This document shows, piece by piece, positions 1 to 10,900 of a DNA stretch of 58,775 nucleotides. Origin of the DNA: an uncultured bacterium (GTDB lineage Bacteria > Verrucomicrobiota > Verrucomicrobiia > Limisphaerales > JACDHS01). Each line of letters starts with the position of its first letter. Position 1 is the first letter of the stretch. Under the pieces are notes generated by a model, which was not told the DNA's origin, searched no databases, and saw nothing but the letters and a program-made list of their open reading frames with translations. The DNA is taken from the NCBI GenBank assembly GCA_966112985.1, contig CBHWET010000002.1, forward strand, positions 1 to 58,775. The letters are read 5' to 3'. Both the position numbers and the translations under genes were made by a program.

Positions 1-12
1 GCCACAGATGAA

Positions 13-72
13 CCACAGAGACACAGAGATCACAGAGTTTTGTCTTGCTCAGTGTTCTCTGTGTCTCGGTGG
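13..72 (-). repeat. 16-bp inverted repeat (hairpin) 3' of the response-regulator gene
   Basis: ccacagagacacagag (13-28) is complementary to ctctgtgtctcggtgg (57-72) at 15/16 positions. ACAGAG is iterated in the left arm. There is no clear U-tract, so a terminator role is unproven. Confidence 0.35.
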
Positions 73-88
73 TAAAATACCGCTGCTG

Positions 89-592
89 CTACTTGGCCGA
101 TGGCGAAATGTTCAGCTTCATCCAATAGGAATCAACCATACGGACCATGTCTTGCAGATCACCCGCGGAAGCGGGCTTCAGCAGAAATGAATTGGCGCCG
201 AGCGAATAAGCCTCATTGACGTCGCGCAGTTCATCGGATGATGTGACAACGACGATCGGCAAGTGACGCACCGTCGAGCAGCTGCGAACCCACTTAAGAA
301 CCTCAAACCCATTTAACCGTGGCATCTTTAGATCAAGGAGGATGACGGCTGGTATCGGATAGAGTTGACGATCTGCATACTTGCCTTCGCCTTTAAGATA
401 CTTGACGACCTGTTCGCCGTCAGTGACGTGGATGAGTCGGTGCCGGAGTTTGGCGTCGTGGAGCGCGCGCTGCATCAGGTCCGCATAGGACTGGTCGTCC
501 TCGGCATATAGGAAAACGTTGGGTTTAACCATAACGGGACTTTTTTTCGCTATTTTCTGTTCTCCCTTCGCGGGGCCTCGCGGCCGTGACAC
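89..592 (-). CDS. stand-alone response regulator (REC only)
   Basis: 167-aa ORF with a CheY-like pattern: AEDD, ILLDLKMPRLNG (acceptor Asp), VVVTSS and LLKP. No output domain. Confidence 0.85.
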   Translation of the reverse strand: MSRPRGPAKGEQKIAKKSPVMVKPNVFLYAEDDQSYADLMQRALHDAKLRHRLIHVTDGEQVVKYLKGEGKYADRQLYPIPAVILLDLKMPRLNGFEVLKWVRSCSTVRHLPIVVVTSSDELRDVNEAYSLGANSFLLKPASAGDLQDMVRMVDSYWMKLNISPSAK

Positions 593-859
593 ATACCCCG
601 GGCCGCGAGACCTCCACGATTTAACCCATCGTCAGCCACTGATAAACAGCGGCGATACCGTAGGCATACTATGTATCAACGACAAGAGGTTTGGGCTCAG
701 GGAACGCCTGAAAACTGTTTAGGGCGACTTCAGTGCTAAAAAAGAGGCATTCCTTGACCTGTCATCGCAGAAACCCTATGGTCGGACGAACCCAAAAAAA
801 ACAACCAACGGTCAACCCTTATCCCGTGACATCCCTGTACTCATGTCATCTCCCAAACC

Positions 860-1372
860 ATGCCAACCCAAACCGAACTGCTCATACTTCTCATCGAACC
901 TGACAAAAACGACGTAGCGAGATTAAAGGACGTTTTTGCCAGACTGAACGTCGACGCGCCCCGATACGCTGTGGAGACGGAACTCCAGGCTATCGATTAC
1001 CTCGCAGGCCGTGGCGCGTTCAAAGATCGCGAACAGTTTCCACCTCCCACTGTGATTCTCAGACCGCATCCGGGTTCCGCACGAAGGAAGTCGCCTTTGG
1101 AGGAGTGGCTCCGTGGTCCGGGTAAACGCCCAAAAGTAGCGGTGATCAGTCTATCGACTCGCGTTCCGCGTAAACCGACAGCCGGGATTGAGCTGTGTGG
1201 CCGCTCGACCATTTACCACGCTCCATTTCTCAAGCCGCTTACATCCGACACGGCGATTATTATTCTGAACATCTGCCAGCAATGGCAGTGGATGAAACTG
1301 CGACGACCCTCTGCGGATGTTGAACAATTTATTACCGAGTCCGTTAAAAAAGATTCGCGTCCTTCCAGTTGA
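860..1372 (+). CDS. degenerate receiver-like protein (pseudo-receiver or decaying gene)
   Basis: 170-aa ORF colinear with the neighbouring REC proteins (LLIEPDKND, YLAGRGAFKDREQFPPPTVIL, VAVISLST, FLKP). Where the paralogs have LLDLKMP it reads ILRPHPG, so the phospho-acceptor Asp is missing. Confidence 0.45.
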   Translation: MPTQTELLILLIEPDKNDVARLKDVFARLNVDAPRYAVETELQAIDYLAGRGAFKDREQFPPPTVILRPHPGSARRKSPLEEWLRGPGKRPKVAVISLSTRVPRKPTAGIELCGRSTIYHAPFLKPLTSDTAIIILNICQQWQWMKLRRPSADVEQFITESVKKDSRPSS

Positions 1373-1415
1373 GACCGGTAGGTAGGTGGCGTGCCGCTTG
1401 AAAACGACACGCATC

Positions 1416-1901
1416 TTATTGGGGCGGTACGGCAACGATTGGCTTCTCGCAAAGACGCCAGAATGCAAACGTCTTTTCGAGCACAACGCGAATGTCGTTG
1501 AGGCTGCAAGGTTTGACCAGGAAACAGTTCGCGCCCAATTCATACGCACGCTTGATATCCTCAGGCAGCCGCGATGATGTCCAAACAATGGTCGGAATGA
1601 CTGCGTACGCAGGATGTTCCCTGAGCCATTGCAGGACCTCCATGCCGCCCTTGCGCGGCATCTTCAGGTCGAGCAAAAGAATCGTCGGAACCGGGAACAG
1701 ATCACGATCGGCGTATTGCCCTTTGCCGGTCAAATAGGCAATGGCCTCTTCACCATCGCTTACGACGTGATGCCTGACCGGCGGTGTGAGCGTGCGCAGT
1801 ACACGCGTCACCAGCAGCGCGTCATTCGCCTCATCCTCAGCCATTAGAAGAAAGTCCCGAGCTGTCATGGGGTATTGCGCATAATATCCGGGGGACGACA
1901 A
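1416..1901 (-). CDS. stand-alone response regulator (REC only)
   Basis: 161-aa ORF with AEDEAND, ILLLDLKMPRKGG, VWTSS and LVKP motifs. Confidence 0.85.
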   Translation of the reverse strand: MSSPGYYAQYPMTARDFLLMAEDEANDALLVTRVLRTLTPPVRHHVVSDGEEAIAYLTGKGQYADRDLFPVPTILLLDLKMPRKGGMEVLQWLREHPAYAVIPTIVWTSSRLPEDIKRAYELGANCFLVKPCSLNDIRVVLEKTFAFWRLCEKPIVAVPPQ

Positions 1902-2160
1902 AGCTTGGCAAATGGAACATGCAACGGGCTACCGGGCACGCCCTTAGCGTCCGGTGAGATAAATGCCGTTTTTTACCAGCGTGCGGCGAGCCCGCCGGTC
2001 TTTTCGGCTGCGAGTACACATCACGTTGCGGGAACTAGGAGATGGAATTACCGTGCGACAAGGGTGCGACGGTGCATGAAATTTTTGAAATGGGGCTTGG
2101 GGTGACGTAACGTTTTATTAGCATCACTTCGAGGGGAGTGGTCTCGCTGCGGGGTAAAAT

Positions 2161-3870
2161 ATGAAGGTTCCCAGTTTGCATGACATACGGCCAGGTCTAT
2201 TGCTTCCTCGTATCGTGCAAAGACTGCAGCACGCGAGGCCGCACTGGCGCCTGAAGTCACCTCGGTTCTGGCATCGCAGGGAACCGGTACATGTCGAAGC
2301 TCCGGCGCCTAACCTCGTGGCATCGTTCCGGACCTATGCAAAGTGGGCGAGTATCATCGCGATGGTCGCGGGTTATCATGTTTTGCTCGGCTGGATTTTT
2401 GATATCGGTGTGCTGACGAGCCCGAGGCCAAATTTCACGGCGACGCAGGTTAACTCCGCGGTATGTGCGGTGCTGAGTGGGATGGCGTTGTATTTCGTGC
2501 AGTCGCCGCGGCAACTGATGCGGGCGAACAAGCGTCGCGTTGTCGCGCTATGTGCGGGGATTGTGCTGCTGATTGGCGGCCTCAGCCTTATCGAATATAT
2601 CTGGAATGTGCCGACGGGAGTGGATTTGTGGCTTCTTCGTCCTCTTGATAGCCAGATTGCTGGAGGGCCGTATCCAGGGCGGATGGCGATTGCAACCGCC
2701 GTCGGTTATATGACTATGGCGGCGGCGCTGTTATTGATCGAAAGAGGAGAGGGCAGGCGATGGGCGGACTTGCTGACGCTGAGCGCGGCGGCAATATCAT
2801 TGCTCGCGATTGCCGGGTACTTGTATCAGGCGAAGACGTTCCACTACCAAATTCCATTATACGCAGCACTGATTCTATTTTTGATTTCGACGGGCGCGTT
2901 ATGCGCACATGCTGATCAAGGGTTTATGGAGAAGATTACCAGCGATAGTTTTGGGGGAATTATGGCGCGGCGTCTCTTGCCGGCAACGTTGCTGATGCCG
3001 TTAGTGCTGGGGTGGCTGCAACAAAGAGGGCTGCGCGCGGGTTTATACACAACAGAACCGGGTCTTGCGTTTTTTGCGGTGGCAAATGTGGTCGTCTTTG
3101 TCGCGGTTGTATGGTGGGGCGTCAGTTCGTTGCATCGAATGGATACGAAAAGGCGGCAGACTGAGAATGAACTGAAAGCGACTGCTGCCAAGCTCGCGCG
3201 ATCGAACGCGGATTTAGAGCAGTTCGCCTACGTCGCATCACATGACTTGAAAGAACCACTTCGGGCGATCAGTGGTTCGGTTCAGATTCTGCAGGAACAT
3301 TATCGCAATCGTCTCGGGACTGAGGCGGATGAAGTCATCAAGCACACGGTGGACGGGGCGACGCGAATGCAGACGTTGATTGATGACCTTCTGACGTATT
3401 CCCGGCTGACATCACGTGAAGCCCCCATCGAACTCACCGACAGCAACCTGGTGATGCAAGAGGTGTTGGCCAATCTTGAGCGGGCGATCGGGGAGAGCAA
3501 AGCGGTTGTTACGAATGACCCGTTGCCTGTGGTAAAGGCAGATCGCACGCAGTTATTGCAGGTGTTCCAAAACCTGATCAGCAACGGCATCAAGTACAGG
3601 AGCGAACGCACGCCTAAGATTCATGTTAGCGCGGAGGACAACGGGGGTGAGTGGTTGTTTGCCTTTCGTGACAATGGCATCGGCATTTCGCCCCAGTATG
3701 CGGATAGAATTTTTCGAATCTTCCAGCGCCTTCACACCCGAAAAGAATATCCTGGAACAGGCATAGGGTTGGCAGTCTGTAAGAAGATTGTCGAACGGCA
3801 TGGCGGACGGATCTGGGTGGAATCCGAACCGGAAGAAGGATCAACATTTTATTTTACCATGCCGAAGTAG
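2161..3870 (+). CDS. membrane sensor histidine kinase
   Basis: 569-aa ORF. The N-terminal roughly 320 aa carries multiple hydrophobic helices, followed by a coiled coil. H-box FAYVASHDLKEPLR, N-box QNLISNGIKY, G1 RDNGIG and G2 GTGIGL are present. The exact start is uncertain. Confidence 0.85.
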   Translation: MKVPSLHDIRPGLLLPRIVQRLQHARPHWRLKSPRFWHRREPVHVEAPAPNLVASFRTYAKWASIIAMVAGYHVLLGWIFDIGVLTSPRPNFTATQVNSAVCAVLSGMALYFVQSPRQLMRANKRRVVALCAGIVLLIGGLSLIEYIWNVPTGVDLWLLRPLDSQIAGGPYPGRMAIATAVGYMTMAAALLLIERGEGRRWADLLTLSAAAISLLAIAGYLYQAKTFHYQIPLYAALILFLISTGALCAHADQGFMEKITSDSFGGIMARRLLPATLLMPLVLGWLQQRGLRAGLYTTEPGLAFFAVANVVVFVAVVWWGVSSLHRMDTKRRQTENELKATAAKLARSNADLEQFAYVASHDLKEPLRAISGSVQILQEHYRNRLGTEADEVIKHTVDGATRMQTLIDDLLTYSRLTSREAPIELTDSNLVMQEVLANLERAIGESKAVVTNDPLPVVKADRTQLLQVFQNLISNGIKYRSERTPKIHVSAEDNGGEWLFAFRDNGIGISPQYADRIFRIFQRLHTRKEYPGTGIGLAVCKKIVERHGGRIWVESEPEEGSTFYFTMPK

Positions 3871-3891
3871 GATGGGCCGAGAAACGACGCT

Positions 3892-4320
3892 ATGGAAATA
3901 TTAATGGTCGAAGACAGCCCCTCCGACGCGTTCATAGTCAAGGAAGCTCTAAAGCGCGCAGGAGGATCCAGCAATCTGCATGTCGTACCCGATGGAGTCG
4001 AGGCAATGGCCTATCTGCGGCGGCAAGGCGAATACTTCGATGCGGCGCGTCCGGATATTATTTTGCTGGACCTGAACATGCCGCGTAAAGACGGCCGGGA
4101 AGTGCTCGCCGAAGTTAAGCGCGATGACAAATTACGGTGTATACCGGTGATTGTGCTGACCTCATCGAATGCCGAACAGGACGTCTCGAAAGCTTACGAA
4201 TTGCATGCGAATTGCTATATCACGAAACCGACGGACTTCAGTAAATTTAAAGAGTTGATCAAATCTATCGAAGCATTTTGGTTCAGTAATGTTACTTTAC
4301 CCCCGCATCATGTCTGCTGA
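3892..4320 (+). CDS. stand-alone response regulator (REC only)
   Basis: 142-aa ORF with VEDSPSD, ILLDLNMPRKDG, VLTSS and ITKP. It follows the kinase by 21 nt. Confidence 0.9.
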   Translation: MEILMVEDSPSDAFIVKEALKRAGGSSNLHVVPDGVEAMAYLRRQGEYFDAARPDIILLDLNMPRKDGREVLAEVKRDDKLRCIPVIVLTSSNAEQDVSKAYELHANCYITKPTDFSKFKELIKSIEAFWFSNVTLPPHHVC

Positions 4321-4732
4321 AAGATCTACGATTCATTTGCTGCTGGTGGAGGACAATCCCGACGACGTTTTCCTGTTCCGGGCGTCGTTGAAGAAGTTTA
4401 CGGATGCGGATATTACAGTGGTCGATGTGTCACGGGTGAGAGAGGCCATCGCAATGATGACTTCGCGATCGTTTGACCTGGTCGTCACCGATCTTAATGT
4501 TCCTGATAGTGTCGGGATTGAGACGGTCAGGAAGTTAATCACCAAAGCGGACGGCGTGCCGGTAATTGCATTGACCGGCTGGGATGATCCGCTGCTTGGA
4601 GCACAATTGGTTGAAGAAGGAGTTCGTTGTTATTGGTCGAAGGACCGCCTTAGCGGGATTGATCTGGCGCAGGCCATCGTCGCTGCCGCCCGAGGTGGGA
4701 ATCGTATTCAAATACATAACCGACAAGACTAA
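4310..4732 (+). CDS. stand-alone response regulator (REC only)
   Basis: LLVEDNPDD, VVTDLNVPD and IALTG motifs. I prefer the ATG at 4310 (MSAERS), which overlaps the upstream stop by 11 nt. The ORF-track start at 4289 is less likely. Confidence 0.8.
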   Translation: MSAERSTIHLLLVEDNPDDVFLFRASLKKFTDADITVVDVSRVREAIAMMTSRSFDLVVTDLNVPDSVGIETVRKLITKADGVPVIALTGWDDPLLGAQLVEEGVRCYWSKDRLSGIDLAQAIVAAARGGNRIQIHNRQD

Positions 4733-4912
4733 AAGTATTCAAGAATAGCGCTTGCTATTTCCCGGGAAAGCGCGATTGTGTTGTGGTCTGTTAGATAACT
4801 TAGAGAATTTCTTAGATGGGGAATCTTCAGGTGAACGTGTTTCAATGATGATTTTAGACCCGGCAGTCGGGAACAGTCTTGAGAAAGCTAGTTAGTCATA
4901 GGACATCATCAA

Positions 4913-5263
4913 ATGAACAATAGTAAACTGTTTGTGGGAAATCTTTCCTTCAACACCACCGAAAACGAACTCCAGGACATGTTTGCCCAGCACGGCACTG
5001 TCGTTGAAGCCAACCTCATGATGGATCGCGACACTGGTCGTCCTCGTGGTTTTGCTTTCGTCACGATGGGAACCCCTGAAGAAGCCCAAAAAGCTATCGA
5101 AGCCCTGAACGGCGCTTCGGTCGGCGGTCGCAATCTCAATGTGAACGTTGCCAAGCCTCGCGAAGAGCGTCCGGCTGGTGGTGGCGGTTACGGCGGCGGT
5201 GGTCGCGGCGGTCGTCGTGATTACGGCGGCGGTGGCGGCGGCGGACGTGGTGGCCGTTATTAA
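4913..5263 (+). CDS. RRM-type RNA-binding protein with a Gly/Arg-rich (RGG) tail
   Basis: RNP2 LFVGNL and RNP1 RGFAFVTM are present, followed by a C-terminal [25 protein letters not shown] tail. Confidence 0.9.
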   Translation: MNNSKLFVGNLSFNTTENELQDMFAQHGTVVEANLMMDRDTGRPRGFAFVTMGTPEEAQKAIEALNGASVGGRNLNVNVAKPREERPAGGGGYGGGGRGGRRDYGGGGGGGRGGRY

Positions 5264-5285
5264 TTCCCGATAATTTAATCGGTTG

Positions 5286-5316
5286 GAGGCCTGGGTTTCC
5301 AGGCCTCTCTTTTTTT
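5286..5316 (+). terminator. intrinsic terminator after the RRM gene
   Basis: Stem gaggcctgg / ccaggcctc with loop gttt, followed by tcttttttt. Confidence 0.65.
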
Positions 5317-5389
5317 GTAGGCTTCTCCTGTTTACGTCTTTTGTCAGGAGAGTACGTTACTGAACTGACAATCGACTTTGCATAAACTG

Positions 5390-5605
5390 ATGAAAGAAGA
5401 AGCAATAGAAGTAGAGGGTCGCGTCCACACTGTGCTCGCTGGCACGATGTTCCGCGTCGAACTCGACAATAAACACATGGTCCTCGCGACGATTTGCGGG
5501 AAAATGCGCAAGCGGTTCGTCCGGCTTGTTGCAGGTGACCGCGTAAAGATGGAGATGTCTCCATACGATTTGGACAAAGGCCGCATCACCTGGCGACTAC
5601 GATAA
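5390..5605 (+). CDS. infA: translation initiation factor IF-1
   Basis: [12 protein letters not shown]...MFRVEL...GKMRK...GDRV..E.SPYDL.KGRI matches the IF-1 S1-fold signature. The ATG at 5390 gives about 71 aa. The ORF-track start at 5378 is a TTG. Confidence 0.9.
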   Translation: MKEEAIEVEGRVHTVLAGTMFRVELDNKHMVLATICGKMRKRFVRLVAGDRVKMEMSPYDLDKGRITWRLR

Positions 5606-5734
5606 TTTAAGTCGCAGGAAGACTGGCCCGCGAATTTCCGTTTGCCAAAGGACCGTTTCTTCGGCAATTTCCCCGCGTGTTCCGTATAGTTACGACAACA
5701 ACTTTTTAGCGTCTGTGGACAACCACGGACGCGA

Positions 5735-5772
5735 ACGCCTCGACAAAAAGCACGTCGAGGCGTTTTTGTTTT
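5735..5772 (+). terminator. intrinsic terminator after infA
   Basis: Stem acgcctcgac / gtcgaggcgt with a 9-nt loop, followed by ttttgtttt. Confidence 0.55.
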
Positions 5773-5836
5773 ATCACTAGAACCCAGAATGTAGCGACCA
5801 CCGGCTCGTAACCGCGTTGCTAAGACAAAAGATTTT

Positions 5837-7726
5837 ATGGCAGACGAAAATCAGCAGCAGCCAAATCAACTGGCTCAACCGCCAAAGGAACGTAAAACGC
5901 TCGATGACCGTGCGAAGATGTCGGAGCTCGAGCGCATTCGCCATTCTTGCGCCCATGTTATGGCTACGGCCATTCTCCGCCTGTGGCCCGACGCGCAGTT
6001 TGCTTACGGTCCGCCCGTCGAAAATGGATTTTATTATGACTGCCAACTCTCCCATCGAATCTCGCCGGAAGATTTCCCTAAGATCGAGGAAGAGATGAAG
6101 AAGGAGATCAAAGCGAATAACATTTTTGAGAAGGTTGTTGTTACGCGCGAACAGGCGATCAAGGATGCAGAAAGCGGGCGCCTCGGCGGGCTTGGCGAAC
6201 GTCCAGGCAATAAAAGCCTCTTCAAACTGGATTTGCTGAAGCAGATTCCCGAAGGCGAAGCGATTTCCTATTACAAGAACGGTGATTTCATCGATCTCTG
6301 CGCGGGGCCGCACGTGATGCGCACCGGCAACATCGGTGCCTTCAAACTGACGAGCGTCGCCAGTGCATACTACAAAGGCGACGAAAAAAATCCGCAGCTC
6401 CAACGTATTTACGGCACGGCCTTCAAGAATAAAACGGAAATGGAAGCTTACTTCACGATGTTGGAGGAGGCTAAGAAACGGGATCACCGGAAGATCGGCG
6501 CGGAAATGGGTTTGTTTGCTATTGATACGGAATATGTTGGTCCCGGCATGCCGCTTTGGCTGCCTAAAGGTACCGTGCTGGTCGAAGAACTGGAGAAGCT
6601 CGCGAAGGAAACTGAATTCGCGGCTGGTTATGTTCGCGTTCGCACCCCGCATCTCGCGAAAGAGAAAATGTACAAGACCTCGGGGCATCTGCCTTATTAC
6701 GCAGAAAGCATGTTTCCGGCGATGGAGCTGAAAGAAAAGGGTGGCTCAGCGGATGAAGATGCTGAGCGGTATTATTTAAAGGCGATGAACTGCCCGCATC
6801 ACCATCGGATTTTTGCGGCGGAACCGCGCAGTTATCGCGATCTTCCGTTGCGTCTGGCCGAATACGGTTGCTGTTACCGTTATGAGCAATCGGGCGAGTT
6901 GTTTGGTTTGATGCGCGTTCGTTCATTGAACATGAACGATGCGCACATCTACTGCACCGAAGAGCAGTTCGCGGAGGAATTCAAAGCCGTGAACGACATG
7001 TATCTGAAGTATTTCAAGATTTTCGGTTTAGAGAAATATCAGATGCGTTTCTCCACGCATGATCCGGCGAAGCTCGGACAGAAATTTGTCAATGAACCGG
7101 AGTTGTGGAAGAAAACCGAAGACATGGTGCGTCGCGTCTTGCAGGAAAGCGGCATCAACTTCGTTGAGGTGCCAAATGAAGCGGCGTTCTACGGGCCGAA
7201 AATTGACGTGCAGGTTTGGAGCGCCATCGGTCGCGAATTTACGATTGCGACGAATCAGGTCGACTTCGCGGTGCCGTCGCGCTTCGGTCTGACTTATCGC
7301 GCCAAAGATAACACCGAGAAAACGCCATTGTGCATTCATCGGGCACCACTGGGGACCCATGAACGTTTTATTGGCTTTTTGATCGAACATTATGCCGGAA
7401 ACTTTCCGCTTTGGCTCGCCCCGGAGCAGGTTCGCGTAATGACGTTGAACGCCGACGACAACCTGGTTGCTTACGCGAAAGATATTGCGCGTCAATTACA
7501 CGCTGCTGAAGTTCGCGTCCAAAGTGACTTCGGTCCTGATCCGATCAAAGCAAAGATTGCCGAAGCTGAAAAAGCCAAGGTGCATACAATGCTCGTTATT
7601 GGTGGAAGGGACATGGAAGCCGGCAACGTCAGCATCCGCTTGCACAGCAAGGGACCTCAAGGTGCAAAGCCGAAAGCCGACGCGATTAACGATATTCTGA
7701 CGGCGATCAGAAATCGTGCGGCATAG
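5837..7726 (+). CDS. thrS: threonine--tRNA ligase lacking the N-terminal TGS domain
   Basis: Editing-domain motifs HSCAHVM and DLCAGPH are present. Class II core motifs include YYLKAMNCPHHHRIF, RVRSLNMNDAHIY and IHRAPLGTHERF, followed by a C-terminal anticodon-binding region. Confidence 0.95.
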   Translation: MADENQQQPNQLAQPPKERKTLDDRAKMSELERIRHSCAHVMATAILRLWPDAQFAYGPPVENGFYYDCQLSHRISPEDFPKIEEEMKKEIKANNIFEKVVVTREQAIKDAESGRLGGLGERPGNKSLFKLDLLKQIPEGEAISYYKNGDFIDLCAGPHVMRTGNIGAFKLTSVASAYYKGDEKNPQLQRIYGTAFKNKTEMEAYFTMLEEAKKRDHRKIGAEMGLFAIDTEYVGPGMPLWLPKGTVLVEELEKLAKETEFAAGYVRVRTPHLAKEKMYKTSGHLPYYAESMFPAMELKEKGGSADEDAERYYLKAMNCPHHHRIFAAEPRSYRDLPLRLAEYGCCYRYEQSGELFGLMRVRSLNMNDAHIYCTEEQFAEEFKAVNDMYLKYFKIFGLEKYQMRFSTHDPAKLGQKFVNEPELWKKTEDMVRRVLQESGINFVEVPNEAAFYGPKIDVQVWSAIGREFTIATNQVDFAVPSRFGLTYRAKDNTEKTPLCIHRAPLGTHERFIGFLIEHYAGNFPLWLAPEQVRVMTLNADDNLVAYAKDIARQLHAAEVRVQSDFGPDPIKAKIAEAEKAKVHTMLVIGGRDMEAGNVSIRLHSKGPQGAKPKADAINDILTAIRNRAA

Positions 7727-7981
7727 TTCTGGTTACGGCGTCACCGTTCCAAGAGGGACAGCCGAGTTCATCGATGAAATATCGATGAACCCGGCTGGTT
7801 CTGCCTCATCGAGAACGATGTCGTGAAGTTTTTCGCGGGTCGCGGCTTAACGCTTCCGTCCAAAAGAGACTTCAGAAGAGGTGGCCTTCGTGCGTCAAGG
7901 TCGGGCTCGGCCTTAACGTGGCGCAATCGCGCATTAAGAACGAATTGCATGGAAGCCGCTTTCGTCTCAGGATTTGAAAAA

Positions 7982-10900
7982 ATGAAAAAGCACCTCGCTT
8001 GTTTGTTGCTGTTTGGTTTTGGCGTCAGTTCAGTATTCGCAGCGAAACAACTTACAGGGCAACATGCGCCGGCCACTTCACCGGCCCTTTCACCCGCCGA
8101 TGCACAGAAGGCCTTTTCCGTTCCGCCGGGTTTTGAAGCGCGATTGTTCGCAGCCGAACCCGACGTCGTTAATCCGGTCGCTATGACCTTTGATGAGCGT
8201 GGCCGCCTGTGGGTGTTGGAACTTTACGAATATCCTCTCGGTGCACCAGCCGGACAGAAGGGGCGCGACCGTATTAAGATCCTTGAAGATACCGACAACG
8301 ATGGCAAAGCCGACAAGGTAACGTTGTTCGCTGATGGGTTGAATCTTGCGACAGGATTACTGGTTGGAAATGGTGGCGTTTACGTCGGTCAGGCTCCGCA
8401 TCTGCTTTTCCTGCAGGACACGAATCACGACGATAAAGCAGACGTTCGTACTGTGGTGTTAACCGGCTTCGGACTGCATGACCGGCATGAATTGTTAAAC
8501 GGATTTACGTGGGGGCCCGACGGTTGGCTTTATATGACGCACGGCGTGTTTACCGCGTCGAAAGTTAAGATTCCTGAGGCGACTACGCCCGGTGTCGAAA
8601 TGAATGCCGCGGTTGCACGGTTCCATCCACGCACGAAGAAGTTTGAAATCTTCGCTGACGGCACAAGCAATCCGTGGGGTGTGGATTTCGATAAAAACGG
8701 GAACGCCTTTGTGAGTGCGTGCGTTATTGATCATCTCTTTCACATGGCTCCGGGTGGTATTTACCAGCGGCAAGGCGGCGTTCCGGGAAATCCATACGCG
8801 TATGAATTATTGCCGTCGATTGTTGAGCACAAACATCACATGGCTGCGTATTGCGGCATTTGTATTTATCAGGGCGATAATTTTCCTGCCGAATATCAAG
8901 ACCGCGTTTTCATGGGCAATATTCATCAGAATGCCATCAACCACGATCGATTGATTCCGAATGGTTCGAGTTTCAAGGCGGTGGCGGAAAAAGATTTTCT
9001 GACGACGACCGACGGATGGTTTCGACCGGTGAGCGAACAGGTTGGTCCGGACGGCGCACTCTGGATTGCGGATTGGTATGATAAATATCCCTGTTACCAG
9101 AATGCGCAGGCCGATCCTGAAGGTGTGGACCGCGAACGCGGCCGCATCTGGCGTGTGGTTTATGTCGGTGATCGCGGGAAAAAAGTTCCTACGCGGCCCG
9201 ACGTCAATATGGACTTAAGTAAATTGGATAACAAAGAACTCATTGCCCTTTTAGGGCATTCAAATGTGTGGCAGCGAAGGGTCGCCTCGAGAATCCTGCG
9301 CGAGCATGTCGACTATACTCCGGCATTTCCAGACAAGTATGGATTTACAGTTACGCGCGGAGCCGAGGGATTAAAGCCACTAGAACTCCAAATCCACAGC
9401 AGTGACATGGATGGGAGACTGAATTCATTCTGGACGCTTAAGGGCATTGGTTCATTTTTCACAATGCGGGATAACGCAGGGGAAAGCTGGCCCGATGTTG
9501 TGGAAAAGTATCTCGACGATAAGGATCCAGTTATCCGCTGTTGGGCAATCAACTTCTCTGGCGAGATTATTAGAAGAATGGAGGAAATGCTGAAACGATC
9601 TTCGCCGAATCAGCAATCACTGCGCGAATTTATCGAAAGGACGATCGCACATCTTGAAACGTTAGCGGCGGATTCTGATCCACGTGTCCGTCTTGCCGTT
9701 GCCACTGCGGTTCGAGAAATTGTTTCGAGTTCCTTAACTATCGACACCGACATCAACACCGAGGCACCTGTCGGAAAAATTCTCGTCGCGCTGATTAGAT
9801 CTTCGGCCGACGCGAAAGATCCGTTGATTCCGTACATGATCTGGATGGCCAGTGAGCCTCTCGTGGCGAACAATCCTGTTCCCGGTCTTAGATGGGCGGC
9901 CGAAAATGGCGCGAACACCATGCCTCTCAGCGGTATTCTTGCGCGTAAAGCCATGCGGCGGATTTGTGACACGGGTGAATCGACAAAAATGGATGCTGCC
10001 GCTGAATTTCTTTCTGCGATTGTCGATAAAGAGGAATTGGCCATCGCCACGCTCGATGGATTGATTGAAGGACAGAAAGCAAAACCATTACGTCCGACGA
10101 CAGATACCAAGCCCGTTCTGGAAAGACTCTTGGCGTCCAGCAGTCAGCGTATCAAAGACCGTGCGCAACAACTTGGGACCCTTTGGGGCGACGCCGCAGC
10201 TGCAGAAAAGACGTTGGCGGTAATCAATGATGCAAAGAGCTCCACCGAAGAGCGGATGAAAGCGATTCAGTCCGCGAAACAAATGAAATCGGGCAGCGCG
10301 CGCGATGCTCTTCTCAAGTTGATCCTGAGTAACAGTCCCGAGCCTCTGATTATCGAAGGTGTGCAAAGTCTTGGCGCTATCGCTGATGAAGCTTCGAGTA
10401 AAGAAATCGTGAAGAACTGGAAAACGTTTTCTCCGAATGTCCGGCGAATTGCGGCCGAGGTTCTGGTGTCGCGTTCGCAGTCGACGCGTCAGTTACTCGA
10501 TGCACTCGAAGATAAAGTTATCGCTCCGTCGGAACTGTCGGCAACGGTGGCGCGTGCGCTCTTTACGTCAAAGAATCCAAACTTTGTCGGTCGCGCGGAG
10601 CGTCTGCTGGGTAAGTTCCGCGAATCGGATCCAGACAAACTCAAGGTAATCGCCGAAAAGAAGAAACTCGTTGTGGCCGGAGAACCCAATATCGAACATG
10701 GCCATGAAATCGCGAAGAAAACATGTTTCGTTTGTCACAAGCTTCATGGTGAAGGCGCGGAAGTTGGGCCCGACCTTACCGGAGTGGGACGATCTACACT
10801 CGACGCCTTGCTCGCCAATGTGATCGATCCAAATCAAATCATCGGCAAAGGTTATGAGTTGGTTGAAGTTGAATTGAAAGACGGACGCACTGTCAGCGGA

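Noticed and set aside
5777-6688. 303-aa ORF antisense to thrS
   Set aside because: It lies fully inside the unmistakable ThrRS coding region on the opposite strand and is a typical shadow ORF.
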